Source of the DNA: an uncultured Acidobacteriota bacterium
GTDB lineage: Bacteria; Actinomycetota; Acidimicrobiia; Spongiisociales; ZC4RG35
Assembly (NCBI GenBank): GCA_963828465.1
Contig: CAWHEU010000022.1
Coordinates: forward strand, 512,001-576,000
Direction: 5' to 3'
DNA: 64,000 bases
The position numbers were made by a program, and so were the translations under genes. Under the pieces are notes generated by a model. That model saw only the letters and a list, made by a program, of their open reading frames with translations. It had not been told where the DNA came from and did no database searches. Positions within the stretch are counted from its first letter, which is position 1. Each line of letters opens with the position of its first letter. This document shows positions 27,232 to 37,362 of the stretch, piece by piece.

Positions 27232-27662
27232 CCGACGAGCGTCGCCCAATCAGGCCCGATGATGTGATACCCCCCAGCGGGGGATCGTCGTCGGTACAGA
27301 CGCGTCAGTTGGTCAAGGACGCCGCGCTGATGCTGCCCAATCTGGTCAAGCTGGTGGGCCGCTTGTTGAAGGATCCGAGGGTTCCCCGGCGGTCGAAGAT
27401 CGCTCTGGGCATGGCTGCGGCATATGTGGCCAGCCCGATCGATCTCGTTCCGGAGTTCATCCCCGTGATCGGTTGGGCTGATGACGTGATTTTCATGATG
27501 TTCGCCATCGACTCGTTGATCGAGAGGGCAGGTCCCGAGGTCGTGGCGGAACACTGGGACGGGCCGGGAGACCTTCTTTCGATGATTCGAGAGGTGACCG
27601 GAGTGGCCCGCAGCATCATCCCGAAGCGTTTGAGCCAGGCCCTGGATCGCATCTCCGGGTAG
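27228..27662 (+). CDS. YkvA/DUF1232 family protein
   Basis: DPRVP, YVASPIDLVPEFIPVIGWADD. Confidence 0.92.
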   Translation: MTDERRPIRPDDVIPPSGGSSSVQTRQLVKDAALMLPNLVKLVGRLLKDPRVPRRSKIALGMAAAYVASPIDLVPEFIPVIGWADDVIFMMFAIDSLIERAGPEVVAEHWDGPGDLLSMIREVTGVARSIIPKRLSQALDRISG

Positions 27663-27740
27663 CGCGGCCCGGCTTGCCAACACTCGTCAGCAGGCATTGA
27701 ATCGGGGTTTTTCTCGTCCTGAGCTACTTTGACCTATCTC

Positions 27741-28916
27741 ATGTTCGACTTCAGACGGATCGGGTCACTGCCTCCGTATGCCTTTGCCGAGGTCAATCGA
27801 CGGAAGGTCGCGGCCCGTCTCGCCGGCGTGGACGTCATCGATCTCGGGTTCGGCAACCCCGATATCCCGTCTCCCGATCTTGCGGTGGACGCTCTCGTCG
27901 AGGCGGCCAGACAGCCGGCCAATCACCGCTATTCCGCCTCTCGCGGCATCGATGACCTGAGGGAAGCGCTGGCCGGGCGCTATCGCCGCCGCTTCGGAGT
28001 GGAGCTCGACCCGGAAACCGAGGTCATCTCGACGATCGGGTCCAAAGAAGGTCTGTCCCATCTGATGTGGGCCCTTCTCCAACCCGGGGACGCAGCCATC
28101 GTTCCCGATCCCTCCTATCCAATCCACATCTACGCCCCGGTGATAGCCGGGGCGGAGGTACGAACTGCCCCGATCGGCTCCGAGGCCGACTATTTCGATG
28201 TGGTGCATCGGATGTTCCACGACTCGTGGCCCCGGCCGAGGGTGATCATCGTCAGCTTTCCCCACAACCCCACGGCTGCCACAGTCGACCTCGGGTTCTT
28301 CGAGCGACTCGTCGATCTGGCCCGGGAGAACGAAGTCGTCCTCGTCCACGACTTCGCCTATGCCGATATCGGCTTCGACGGCTATCGACCCCCGTCCCTG
28401 CTCGAGGTTCCGGGAGCGAAGGAAGTCGCTGTCGAGATCTACTCGTTGACCAAGGGCCATTCGATGGCAGGTTGGCGGGTCGGATTCATGGCAGGGAACA
28501 GGGATGTGGTAGCGGCCCTGGCCAAGCTGAAGAGCTATCTCGACTACGGGACTTTCCAGCCCATCCAGATAGCGGCCGCCGCCGCCTTGAACGAAGGCGA
28601 TGAGTTCGTCGAAAACGTGAACGTCGTGTACCAGGAGCGCCGGGACATCCTGGTCGACGGTCTGGCCGACCTTGGCTGGAAGATGGATCGCCCGCGAGGG
28701 ACCATGTTCGTCTGGGCTCCCATTCCGGGTCCCTACGAGGACCTCTCTTCGGCCGAGTTCTCGATCCACCTCCTCGAGGCCGCAGGGGTTGCGATCAGTC
28801 CCGGGGTCGGCTTCGGCCCGAGCGGTGAGGGCTTCGTTCGGTTCGCCCTGGTCGAGGAGGGCCCCCGGATCGAGGATGCCGTGGCCCGGATCGGGCAGGC
28901 CCTCGACCGTCTGTAG
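27741..28916 (+). CDS. Class I/II PLP aminotransferase (AlaC-like)
   Basis: DLGFGNPD, FPHNPT, HDFAY, SLTKGHSMAGWRVG, KSYLDYG. Confidence 0.9.
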   Translation: MFDFRRIGSLPPYAFAEVNRRKVAARLAGVDVIDLGFGNPDIPSPDLAVDALVEAARQPANHRYSASRGIDDLREALAGRYRRRFGVELDPETEVISTIGSKEGLSHLMWALLQPGDAAIVPDPSYPIHIYAPVIAGAEVRTAPIGSEADYFDVVHRMFHDSWPRPRVIIVSFPHNPTAATVDLGFFERLVDLARENEVVLVHDFAYADIGFDGYRPPSLLEVPGAKEVAVEIYSLTKGHSMAGWRVGFMAGNRDVVAALAKLKSYLDYGTFQPIQIAAAAALNEGDEFVENVNVVYQERRDILVDGLADLGWKMDRPRGTMFVWAPIPGPYEDLSSAEFSIHLLEAAGVAISPGVGFGPSGEGFVRFALVEEGPRIEDAVARIGQALDRL

Positions 28917-28925
28917 CCTGGTCCT

Positions 28926-29951
28926 ATGCCTTTCCCGGACGGCACCGCCGACTTCCGCTCCGACACCGTGACCCGCCCCACGCCGGACATGATTCAAGCC
29001 ATGGCGTCGGCGCCACTCGGTGACGACGTCTACTCGGACGATCCGACGGTCAACTTGCTCGAGGAGGAGTCGGCGGCGGTGACCGGCAAGGAGACCGCCA
29101 TCTACGTGCCGACCGGCACGATGGGGAACCAGCTTTCCATCATGGCCCAGACGAACCCGGGCGAAGAGGTCCTCGCCCACGAGGGGAGTCACGTCCGCAG
29201 CATCGAGGCCGGCGCTCCCCAGGCTCTCTCTGGTGTCGGCTTTCGCACCGTGAGCGGAGACGGGGGCCGCATCGAGCCCGAGGACGTGGAGCGGGCCATG
29301 GCCATGTCCGGTTTCTTCCCCAGAATCGGCCTGATGGTGTGGGAGAACACCCACAATCTCTCTGGAGGCCGGGTGATACCTCTCGATGTGATGGAGAAGA
29401 CCTCCGGGGTGGCCAGGGCGCATGGGCTCAAGATCCATATGGATGGGGCCAGGATCTTCAATGCCGTCGCCGCCAGCGGTGTGCCCGTCGATCGTTATGC
29501 CGCGGTGTCGGACACCATCCAGTTCTGCTTCTCGAAGGGGCTGGGGGCGCCAGTTGGGTCCATCGTCTGTGGCCCGGCTGATCTGATCTCCGAAATCCGG
29601 TATCTCCGCAAGCGACTCGGCGGCGGGATGCGTCAGGCCGGGGTGATCGCCGCCGCGGCGCGGGTTGCCCTGGCCGGTCGTGATCGCCTCGTCGAGGACC
29701 ACGCGCTGGCGCGTTTGCTGGGCGACGCAATTGCCGAGAAGTTCCCCAAAGCTGTCGACCCCTCTCTCATAGAGACCAACATGGTCAGGGTTCAGTTCGC
29801 CGCCCTCGGCATCGAATGGCCGGAGATGAAAGGGCGTCTGGACGGCGCCGGCATCAAGGTCAACCCACCACTCGGTGGCGGCTGGCGGATCGTCACCCAT
29901 CGCGATGTCGACGCGTCGGATGCGGACCGTCTGCTCTCGACCCTGCCGTAA
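28926..29951 (+). CDS. ltaE: Low-specificity L-threonine aldolase
   Basis: DFRSDTVT, GDDVY, HMDGARIFNA, FSKGLGAPVGS. Confidence 0.93.
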   Translation: MPFPDGTADFRSDTVTRPTPDMIQAMASAPLGDDVYSDDPTVNLLEEESAAVTGKETAIYVPTGTMGNQLSIMAQTNPGEEVLAHEGSHVRSIEAGAPQALSGVGFRTVSGDGGRIEPEDVERAMAMSGFFPRIGLMVWENTHNLSGGRVIPLDVMEKTSGVARAHGLKIHMDGARIFNAVAASGVPVDRYAAVSDTIQFCFSKGLGAPVGSIVCGPADLISEIRYLRKRLGGGMRQAGVIAAAARVALAGRDRLVEDHALARLLGDAIAEKFPKAVDPSLIETNMVRVQFAALGIEWPEMKGRLDGAGIKVNPPLGGGWRIVTHRDVDASDADRLLSTLP

Positions 29952-29981
29952 CGAGGGAGGGCCGACCCGAGTCGGATACTG

Positions 29982-30923
29982 GTGAGTGTCGGAATCCTGT
30001 TCCCGGGTCAGGGAAGTCAGACCGTGGGAATGGGGGCGGACCTCTTCGATGCGAGAGAGGACCTGCTCGGCGACCGCGCCGATGAGATTCTCGGTTTCTC
30101 CCTGCGATCCCTCTGCTTGGAGGGACCCGAGGAGGAGCTGACCCGCACCCAGCACGCCCAGCCGGCCCTCTTCGCCCTGTCTTATGCCTTGTGGGAGATG
30201 GTCGTCGCAGAGAATCATCTGACCCCTGGCGGCGCGGCCGGGCATTCACTGGGGGAGTACACCGCCCTCGCCGCGGCCGGGGTCTTCGACTTCGACACCG
30301 CCCTCGGTCTCGTGGCGCTGAGGGGGCGGGCCATGGCCCGCGCCGCCGATCGGGAAAGCTCCGGCATGGCGGCGCTGATCGGCGCCGACCGGGAGCAAGC
30401 ATCGGAGGTGACCCAGGCCCGCCGTGATCTTGGCGGCCGTCTGGAAGTGGCCAACTTGAATGCTCCGGGCCAGGTCGTCGTGGCAGGGGGAAAAGACGAT
30501 CTCGAGTGGCTGGGCGAGAACGGATCCCGACTCGGGATCCGGAGAGTGGTGCCGCTCAATGTGGCTGGGGCGTTTCACAGCCAGTTCATGGCCCCGGCGC
30601 GGGAAGAGCTGAAGACGGCCCTCGATGCGGTCGAGCTGTCCGACCCGTGGTTTCCGGTCTGGTCCAACACGACCGCCAGACCACATCAGACCGGCGAGAT
30701 CGGCGATCTCCTTGCTCGTCAGATGGTCGAGCCCGTCCTCTTTTCCGATTCCCTTCTCGACATGTCGGCCGCCGGCATCGACACATTCATCCATGTCGGC
30801 CCCGGCGACGTGACTGCAGGTCTGGCCCGCAGGACCATCGAAGGCGCCGCAGTTCACACGATCTCCCGAATCGACGACGTCCGGACCGCGTTGGATGCCG
30901 TCGTTACGATGGGCGAACACTGA
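29982..30923 (+). CDS. fabD: Malonyl-CoA:ACP transacylase
   Basis: FPGQGSQ, GHSLGEY, GAFHS. Confidence 0.96.
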   Translation: MSVGILFPGQGSQTVGMGADLFDAREDLLGDRADEILGFSLRSLCLEGPEEELTRTQHAQPALFALSYALWEMVVAENHLTPGGAAGHSLGEYTALAAAGVFDFDTALGLVALRGRAMARAADRESSGMAALIGADREQASEVTQARRDLGGRLEVANLNAPGQVVVAGGKDDLEWLGENGSRLGIRRVVPLNVAGAFHSQFMAPAREELKTALDAVELSDPWFPVWSNTTARPHQTGEIGDLLARQMVEPVLFSDSLLDMSAAGIDTFIHVGPGDVTAGLARRTIEGAAVHTISRIDDVRTALDAVVTMGEH

Positions 30924-30933
30924 GGAGACTGGT

Positions 30934-32019
30934 ATGAGAAACGCCGAGATAACAGGCTGGGGCATGTGCATGCCTCCCAACGTGCTCAGCAATCACGATC
31001 TCGAGCAGCTCGTCGACACCTCGGACGAATGGATCACCACGAGGACCGGTATCAAGGAGCGGCGGATCAGCCACGTCGAGGCGTCGGAGCTCGCTGCCGT
31101 AGCCGGTCTACGGGCGCTGGCCGCAGCCGGCAAGACCGTGAACGATCTCGACCTCCTTCTCGTGGCAACCTGCTCGGGCGACTCGATCATCCCCTCCACG
31201 GCGTCGGTCGTGCAGAAGCACATGGGGGCCTGGAACGCCGCGGCCCTCGACCTCAACGCCGCTTGCTCAGGGTTTGTCTACGGGCTGGTTGTAGGCACCA
31301 ACATGATCCGTGGCGGGACCAACAACACGGTCCTGCTCGTCGGAACGGAGAAGCTCCACTTCGTCACCGACTTCACCGACCGGACCACGTGTGTGCTGTT
31401 CGGCGACGGTGCCGGGGCGGTCGTGCTCGAGCCGACCGATGAGCCGGTCGGGCTTCTCTCCTCGGAACTGGGTATGGACGGATCCGTCGGCCACATCCTC
31501 GCCGTGCCCAGGGACGGCAGCTCGGGTGACCCGGGGCCGATCGACCCCCGGGAGTCGGCGATCGGCATGGAAGGGCCCGAGGTCTTCCGGCGTGCGGTCA
31601 CCACGATGGGGGACTCGGCTGCCCGTGCCATCAAGGATGCCGGTCTTTCACTTGACGATGTCGACCTGGTCATCCCGCATCAAGCCAACACCAGGATCAT
31701 CGACGCCACCGCCCGCCGTCTCGGCATCGATGAGAGCAAGGTGTTCGTCAATATCGAGTCGTATGGCAACACTTCAGCCGCCACGATCCCTGTTGCTCTC
31801 ACCGAGGCCCTGGAGCAGGGACGGGTCAAGCCCGGAGACAACATCGTGTTCACCGCATTCGGTGGGGGACTCAGTTGGGGATCGGCCGTGTACCGGTGGG
31901 GGGAGCGCGTCGAGCCGCTCGGCGAGAGCGATGCCGAGCTGCCACCGCCTGATCGCACCGCGATGGAGTTGCTCCAGGCCAATTTCGATTTCTTCGGCCT
32001 TTCCGAAAAGCTCACGTGA
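30934..32019 (+). CDS. fabH: Beta-ketoacyl-ACP synthase III
   Basis: AACSGF, FGDGAGA, PHQAN, GNTSAA. Confidence 0.96.
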   Translation: MRNAEITGWGMCMPPNVLSNHDLEQLVDTSDEWITTRTGIKERRISHVEASELAAVAGLRALAAAGKTVNDLDLLLVATCSGDSIIPSTASVVQKHMGAWNAAALDLNAACSGFVYGLVVGTNMIRGGTNNTVLLVGTEKLHFVTDFTDRTTCVLFGDGAGAVVLEPTDEPVGLLSSELGMDGSVGHILAVPRDGSSGDPGPIDPRESAIGMEGPEVFRRAVTTMGDSAARAIKDAGLSLDDVDLVIPHQANTRIIDATARRLGIDESKVFVNIESYGNTSAATIPVALTEALEQGRVKPGDNIVFTAFGGGLSWGSAVYRWGERVEPLGESDAELPPPDRTAMELLQANFDFFGLSEKLT

Positions 32020-32765
32020 GTGATGGCGCCGAGGGGAGGGTCGCCCTGGTCACCGGTGGTTCGAGAGGGATCGGCCGGGCGATTGCCCTTCGTCTTGCCT
32101 CATCCGGTCACCAGGTCGCGGTGAACTACGCCAAGCAGCCCGAAGCCGCGGCAGAGGTGGTGGAAGAGATCGGCGAGTCGGGGGGGACAGCCGTCGCCTA
32201 CAAGGCAGATGTCTCCGATGGCGACCAGGTCTCTGCGATGTTTGCCTCGGTCGAGGCCGATCTCGGCCCGGTCACCGTGCTGGTGAACAATGCCGGCATC
32301 ACCGCTGACAACCTCCTGCTGCGGATGAGCGCGGACGACTTCGACAGGGTGATAGCGACCAATCTGAAGTCGGTCTACGTCTGCACTCGTCTCGCTCTGC
32401 GCCCCATGCTCAGGGCGCACTGGGGAAGAGTGGTTTCCATCGCCTCTGTGGCCGGGATCACCGGCAACGCCGGGCAATCGAATTACGCCGCCTCGAAGGC
32501 CGGGATGATCGGCTTCTCCAAGGCGGTGTCGAAAGAGGTCGGGTCTCGGGGCATCACGGTCAATGTCGTGGCACCGGGCTTCATAGCAACCGACCTCACC
32601 GAAGATCTGAGTCAGGGGGTGAAAGACGAGGCCGTGAGCCGCACTGCCTTGCGCAGGTTCGGCGAGGCCGACGAGGTGGCAGGAGCGGTCGAGTTCCTCG
32701 TTTCCGACGCCGCCTCGTACATATCTGGTCAGGTGCTGGCCGTCGACGGCGGACTTGCCTTGTAG
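32016..32765 (+). CDS. fabG: 3-oxoacyl-ACP reductase
   Basis: TGGSRGIG, NNAGIT, YAASK. Confidence 0.95.
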   Translation: MSDGAEGRVALVTGGSRGIGRAIALRLASSGHQVAVNYAKQPEAAAEVVEEIGESGGTAVAYKADVSDGDQVSAMFASVEADLGPVTVLVNNAGITADNLLLRMSADDFDRVIATNLKSVYVCTRLALRPMLRAHWGRVVSIASVAGITGNAGQSNYAASKAGMIGFSKAVSKEVGSRGITVNVVAPGFIATDLTEDLSQGVKDEAVSRTALRRFGEADEVAGAVEFLVSDAASYISGQVLAVDGGLAL

Positions 32766-32798
32766 TTTTCCGCCAACCAACAACAAGAAGGAGGAACA

Positions 32799-33044
32799 GT
32801 GGAAAGAAGTGAAGTAGCCAACCGGCTGAGTGAGGTGCTCGTCTCGGAGCTCGGGCTGGAACAGTCCAAGATCGCCGAGGAGGCCCATTTCGAGGAGGAT
32901 CTCGATGTGGACAGCCTGGGCGTCGTGGAGCTCCTCATGGCCCTCGAAGACGAGTTCGGGGTGAAGATCCCGGATGAGGAGGCCGAGTCGATCATGACTG
33001 TTGGCCAGGCAATCGACGTGGTGTACGGAAAGCTGGGTGGCTGA
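32799..33044 (+). CDS. acpP: Acyl carrier protein
   Basis: DLDVDSL, EDEFG..IPDEEA. Confidence 0.96.
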   Translation: MERSEVANRLSEVLVSELGLEQSKIAEEAHFEEDLDVDSLGVVELLMALEDEFGVKIPDEEAESIMTVGQAIDVVYGKLGG

Positions 33045-33048
33045 TCTG

Positions 33049-34308
33049 ATGCCACCCGAGCGACGGCGCGTCGCCGTCACCGGGCTCGGCGCGGTGACAC
33101 CGCTGGGAGAAGACGTCGGTTCGACGTGGGACGGCATGTTGTCGGGACAGTCGGGGATCGGTCCGATCAGCCTCTTCGATACCGACGGGTACCGCACGAC
33201 GATCGCCGGCGAGGTCAGGGGCTGGGAGCCGGAGAAGCATTTCGATCGGCGCGAGGTCCGCAGGCTCGACCGGTTTGCTCAGTTCTTCCTCGTCGCAGTT
33301 CGTCAGGCGCTGGTACAGGCGGGCCTGTCGTTCGAGGAGGATGACCCGGCCGCGGCCAGGGCCGGCGTCGTGGTCGGCGCTGGGTTTGGTGGTATGGGGT
33401 CATTCATCGACGAGATCGTCACCCTTACTGAGAGGGGTCCGGACCGGGTGAGCCCAACCGGGGTGCCTCGGGTGATCCCCAACATGGCGGCCGGGCTCGC
33501 CTCGATCGAGCACAACCTGCTTGGTCCAGTCTCATGCGTTGTTACAGCCTGCTCCGCATCCGCCAACGCAATCGGCGACGGAGCCGAATTGATTCGCCGC
33601 GGCGCAGCTGACGTAGTGGTCGCAGGCGGGTCGGAAGCGGCCATCACCACATTCGGCATCGCCACCTTCGCCCAAGCCAGAGCGCTCTCGAGCCGCAACG
33701 ACGAGCCACAACGGGCATCGAGGCCCTTCGACGCCGACCGTGACGGTTTCGTCATGGGTGAGGGAGGAGCTGCGCTCATCCTGGAGGACATGGAAAAAGC
33801 GCTCGATCGGGGGGCGCCGGTGCTGGCCGAGCTGACCGGTTATGGCATGTCGGCCGATGCGTATCACATCACTCTGCCCAGGCCGGGAGGGAGTGGTGCG
33901 GCACGGGCCATGGTCAATGCCGTCGAAGACGCTGGTCTGGCTCCGGAGGACATCGGGTATATCAACGCCCACGGCACATCCACCGAGGCCAACGACGCAA
34001 CCGAGACTGCGGCGATCCGGATCGCAATGGGTGCGGCCGCCGACACCGTCCCGGTCTCCTCGACAAAGTCGATGACCGGTCACACTCTGGGCGGCGCCGG
34101 AGCCGTGGAGGCGGTGGCCTGCATCATGGCCCTTCGAGACCAGGTACTGCCCCCGACTATCAACTACGAGGTGCCAGACCCGGAATGTGACCTCGACTAC
34201 GTCCCGAATGTCAAGAGGGAGGCGTCCCTACGACATGCGATGTCGAATTCGTTCGGCTTTGGGGGGCACAATGTGTCATTGATCTTCAGCAAAGCCGAAG
34301 ATCAATGA
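33049..34308 (+). CDS. fabF: Beta-ketoacyl-ACP synthase II
   Basis: TACSAS, NAHGTST, KSMTGH, NSFGFGGHN. Confidence 0.96.
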   Translation: MPPERRRVAVTGLGAVTPLGEDVGSTWDGMLSGQSGIGPISLFDTDGYRTTIAGEVRGWEPEKHFDRREVRRLDRFAQFFLVAVRQALVQAGLSFEEDDPAAARAGVVVGAGFGGMGSFIDEIVTLTERGPDRVSPTGVPRVIPNMAAGLASIEHNLLGPVSCVVTACSASANAIGDGAELIRRGAADVVVAGGSEAAITTFGIATFAQARALSSRNDEPQRASRPFDADRDGFVMGEGGAALILEDMEKALDRGAPVLAELTGYGMSADAYHITLPRPGGSGAARAMVNAVEDAGLAPEDIGYINAHGTSTEANDATETAAIRIAMGAAADTVPVSSTKSMTGHTLGGAGAVEAVACIMALRDQVLPPTINYEVPDPECDLDYVPNVKREASLRHAMSNSFGFGGHNVSLIFSKAEDQ

Positions 34309-34382
34309 GTGGTGGGTTTTGGGTTTTGAGTTCTGAGTTCAGAACCCACCACCCATAACTCACAACTCACGACCCACCACTC
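34305..34382. repeat. Inverted array of degenerate heptamers between convergent genes
   Basis: ATGAGTG GTGGGTT TTGGGTT TTGAGTT CTGAGTT C AGAACCC ACCACCC ATAACTC ACAACTC ACGACCC ACCACTC. Confidence 0.8.
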
Positions 34383-34621
34383 TTCTCCCGCCATTCGGCG
34401 AGAGAGCGGTAAACCAGCACCAGGACGAGCGCGACGCCCACGGTGACGACCAGAAACGAGACGACGGCCACCAGGGCGGCCCATCCGGAACACGTGGTGA
34501 AACCACCGGCGCCGTCGGGCTGACGACAGCTCACATCTGTCACGAACCAGCCCAGGAATCCGGCGAGCAGGCCGAGACCGAGCGAGGGGATCGCAATCCA
34601 CGGGTTTGGCCTCCGTCTCAC
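34367..34621 (-). CDS. Small 2-TM membrane protein
   Basis: Two TMs, loop Cys pair, RSLAEW. Confidence 0.7.
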   Translation of the reverse strand: MRRRPNPWIAIPSLGLGLLAGFLGWFVTDVSCRQPDGAGGFTTCSGWAALVAVVSFLVVTVGVALVLVLVYRSLAEWREKSGGS

Positions 34622-35364
34622 CGAGTCGGGCGCCCGTGCTCATCGAGGTCGGCTGAGTCGAGGACCTCTCGCGGGGCCAGCTCGGGCGGGATCGGGTAAG
34701 CCGACCCCACTTCACGGGGCGGGTGGAAGGCGACCGCGACCGAAGGATGCCATGCAAGTACGGCAACGACGATCCCGGAGACCACACAAACGATCGCCGG
34801 AGCCAGCCATTGCGTGAAGGCGAGGCCGATCGCCACGATCGGCCAGAACACCCGGACCACGTAAAGCCCTCCGGGGAACACCCGGGCGAACCACAGCGCA
34901 GCCAAGGGAGCGCTCAACCCGACAATGAGAGCTCCCGGTGATATCTCGCTCCACGCCGCGACCCCGAGCGGGAAGGGGAGCCCGATGAGGATCAGGGGGA
35001 GGGCCACAGCTCGAGCCGGTAGGCCGACGGCCCCGGGCAGCTTCCGTAGCCCGGCGGTGAGGGCGGGGGAGAGCAGCGCGATCCCGGCAAGCACGGAGGC
35101 GGTGAGAGCGATCCCCCACAGGGCATCGATGGGGCGCACCACCCCGAGCAACAACATCGCTGCGACCACCAGGAGCAATGTCCTGTGTGCCCAGCGACCC
35201 CCGGTCACAGTCAGACCCACCATCCCCACGGTGGCCGGGGCGAGAAGACCCGTGACGACCAGCAGGACCGAGCCCGGAGCCAGTGGGCCGCTGTCCACCG
35301 CCAGTGCGGCAGCCCAGAGCAGGGCAGCGACGAGAGGTGTGCATGCCAGCAGGGGAACTGTCAC
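34618..35364 (-). CDS. Multi-TM hypothetical membrane protein
   Basis: About 8 hydrophobic helices; conserved-looking PIPPELAP.EVL..A.LDE.G tail. Confidence 0.75.
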   Translation of the reverse strand: MTVPLLACTPLVAALLWAAALAVDSGPLAPGSVLLVVTGLLAPATVGMVGLTVTGGRWAHRTLLLVVAAMLLLGVVRPIDALWGIALTASVLAGIALLSPALTAGLRKLPGAVGLPARAVALPLILIGLPFPLGVAAWSEISPGALIVGLSAPLAALWFARVFPGGLYVVRVFWPIVAIGLAFTQWLAPAIVCVVSGIVVAVLAWHPSVAVAFHPPREVGSAYPIPPELAPREVLDSADLDEHGRPTR

Positions 35365-35391
35365 CCGCGAAAGTTTCGCAGGACGCCCGGG

Positions 35392-36066
35392 TCAGGCGGA
35401 AGTCGGGCCGTCCGGGTTCCCGGCGTGCTCGAGTACCCGGAGACTCCGCTTTTCTCCGAAGCGTGGGGACTCGCCTGGCTCCCAGACCGTCTCCATCCGC
35501 CATGCAGGGCCGGGTCGGAGCGTCATCACGGTGCCAAGACCTGGCTTGTCCTGGTGGAGCGCGCCCAAAGGTGACCCAATCAGCCTGAGGATCCCAGCCT
35601 GGATCGGGTCTTGATGGGAGACGATGACCACGTCGCCATGGGGATGCTCGGCGTCAAGCCTCCTCGCAACGGAAGCCATTCGCTCAGCGAGGGCTTCGAG
35701 AGTCTCATCGGCGAATGGAAGGCTGTCCGGATGCTCCAGATAGGCCTCGAGGTCACCAGGGAACGTCGTGGAGAGGTCCCGCCAGGCATGACCCTTCCAC
35801 CGCCCGATCACGGCCCATTCGGTGAGGTCGGGGTCGACCTTGACCGGGACCCCGGTGCGAGCGGCGATCTCTTCGGCCGTGCGCAGCGAGCGCTCGAGTG
35901 GCGAGGACCAGATGGCCACGACCGGTCGAGGGCCCAGATAGCGACCAACTCGCCTCGCTTGCTCCACGCCGTGCGGCGACAGTCCGAAGCCGGGGAGGTC
36001 GGCGTAGACCAGATGCCCCGGGTTCTCGACCTCGGCGTGGCGAACCAGATGTACCAGTGCAGCCAT
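35392..36066 (-). CDS. Histidine phosphatase family protein
   Basis: HLVRHAEV, SSPLER, VSHQDPI. Confidence 0.9.
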   Translation of the reverse strand: MAALVHLVRHAEVENPGHLVYADLPGFGLSPHGVEQARRVGRYLGPRPVVAIWSSPLERSLRTAEEIAARTGVPVKVDPDLTEWAVIGRWKGHAWRDLSTTFPGDLEAYLEHPDSLPFADETLEALAERMASVARRLDAEHPHGDVVIVSHQDPIQAGILRLIGSPLGALHQDKPGLGTVMTLRPGPAWRMETVWEPGESPRFGEKRSLRVLEHAGNPDGPTSA

Positions 36067-36117
36067 GAGGACATTGTTGTCGGTCGTCGGGCACAGCCGA
36101 GGTAACTTCAGACCCGG

Positions 36118-37290
36118 ATGTGGGCTGAGCCGATTCTCCACGTGGACCTGGACGCCTTCTTCGTCGAGGCAGAGAGATTGCAGGACCCGGGACTGATCGG
36201 GAAGCCGGTCGCGGTTGGCGGCACGGGTAACAGAGGCGTAATCGCCAGCGCCTCATACGAGGCCCGTGTCCACGGCGTCCGATCCGCCCAACCGACGGCC
36301 ACCGCCCGTCGCCTGTGCCGGGACCTGGTCGTCGTGCCCCCATCACATGGCCGATATGGAGAACTGTCAGCTCGAGTCTTCGAGGTGTTTCGTGAATACA
36401 CCCCCTCTGTCGAAGGCCTCAGTGTCGATGAAGCCTTCCTCGACGTATCCGGGCTCCGTCGCCATTTCTCCACATCAACCGAGGTTGCCCTCTCGGTTCG
36501 TGGGGAGATCCGGAGCCGCCTCGGCCTCCCGGCCTCGGTCGGCATCGCCTCATCCAAATTCATTGCCAAGCTGGCGTCGGAGGCGGCCAAGCCAGACGGA
36601 TATCGGCATATCCCGAAGGACACCGAATTGGAGTTCCTCCATGCGCTCTCGGTGGATGCGTTGTGGGGGGTGGGGCCGGCGACCCTGGCCGGGCTGCAGC
36701 GCCTCGGTGTGGAGACCATCGGGGATCTCGCCGAACTGCCCGAGGCCGCCGTCGTCGGGTCTTTGGGCCCGACACAGGGTCGCCACCTCCTCGATCTCGC
36801 CCGGGGCATCGACCACCGCCCGGTGACGCCAGACGTCGATGCCAAATCGATCTCGGTCGAAGAGACCTACGACATTGATCTCGAAGGCATCGAGGTCATG
36901 GAGACCGCCCTCCTCGCCCATGCCCAGAGACTGGCCGACCGTCTTCATCGATCAGGCCTCGCGGCGCGCACGGTGACCCTGAAACTGAGGTTTGGCGACT
37001 TCACCACGGTGACCCGCAGTGTCACGTCCGGCACCGTCGTCGACGGCCCACGCGATCTCTATTTGATCGCGATCGGGCTCCTGGAACAGGTCGAGGTCGA
37101 TCGCCCGGTCCGTCTCCTCGGCCTGGGGGGATCAGGTCTCGAACCGGCAGGTGATCCCAGACAGATGCCGATCGGAGCAGAGGGCAACTGGGCGCGCGTC
37201 GACGAGGCGGTGGCCGACGTGCGAGACCGTTTCGGGGAACATTCTGTGGAACCGGCCCGTCTGATACGGGGGCCTGCCCCCGATGATTGA
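36118..37290 (+). CDS. dinB: DNA polymerase IV
   Basis: HVDLDAFF, SYEAR, SVDEAFLD, KLAS..AKPDG. Confidence 0.96.
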   Translation: MWAEPILHVDLDAFFVEAERLQDPGLIGKPVAVGGTGNRGVIASASYEARVHGVRSAQPTATARRLCRDLVVVPPSHGRYGELSARVFEVFREYTPSVEGLSVDEAFLDVSGLRRHFSTSTEVALSVRGEIRSRLGLPASVGIASSKFIAKLASEAAKPDGYRHIPKDTELEFLHALSVDALWGVGPATLAGLQRLGVETIGDLAELPEAAVVGSLGPTQGRHLLDLARGIDHRPVTPDVDAKSISVEETYDIDLEGIEVMETALLAHAQRLADRLHRSGLAARTVTLKLRFGDFTTVTRSVTSGTVVDGPRDLYLIAIGLLEQVEVDRPVRLLGLGGSGLEPAGDPRQMPIGAEGNWARVDEAVADVRDRFGEHSVEPARLIRGPAPDD

Positions 37291-37362
37291 TTTCACCGGT
37301 GAACTGTCTCCAGCCCGGGTGTATTGTGTCAGAGGGCTGTTACCAGATGTTGAGAGGTTGAC

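Noticed and set aside
27765-30245. 826-aa minus-strand ORF (likewise 38492-40378 on the plus strand)
   Set aside because: These are antisense shadows of well-supported genes, typical of high-GC codon bias.
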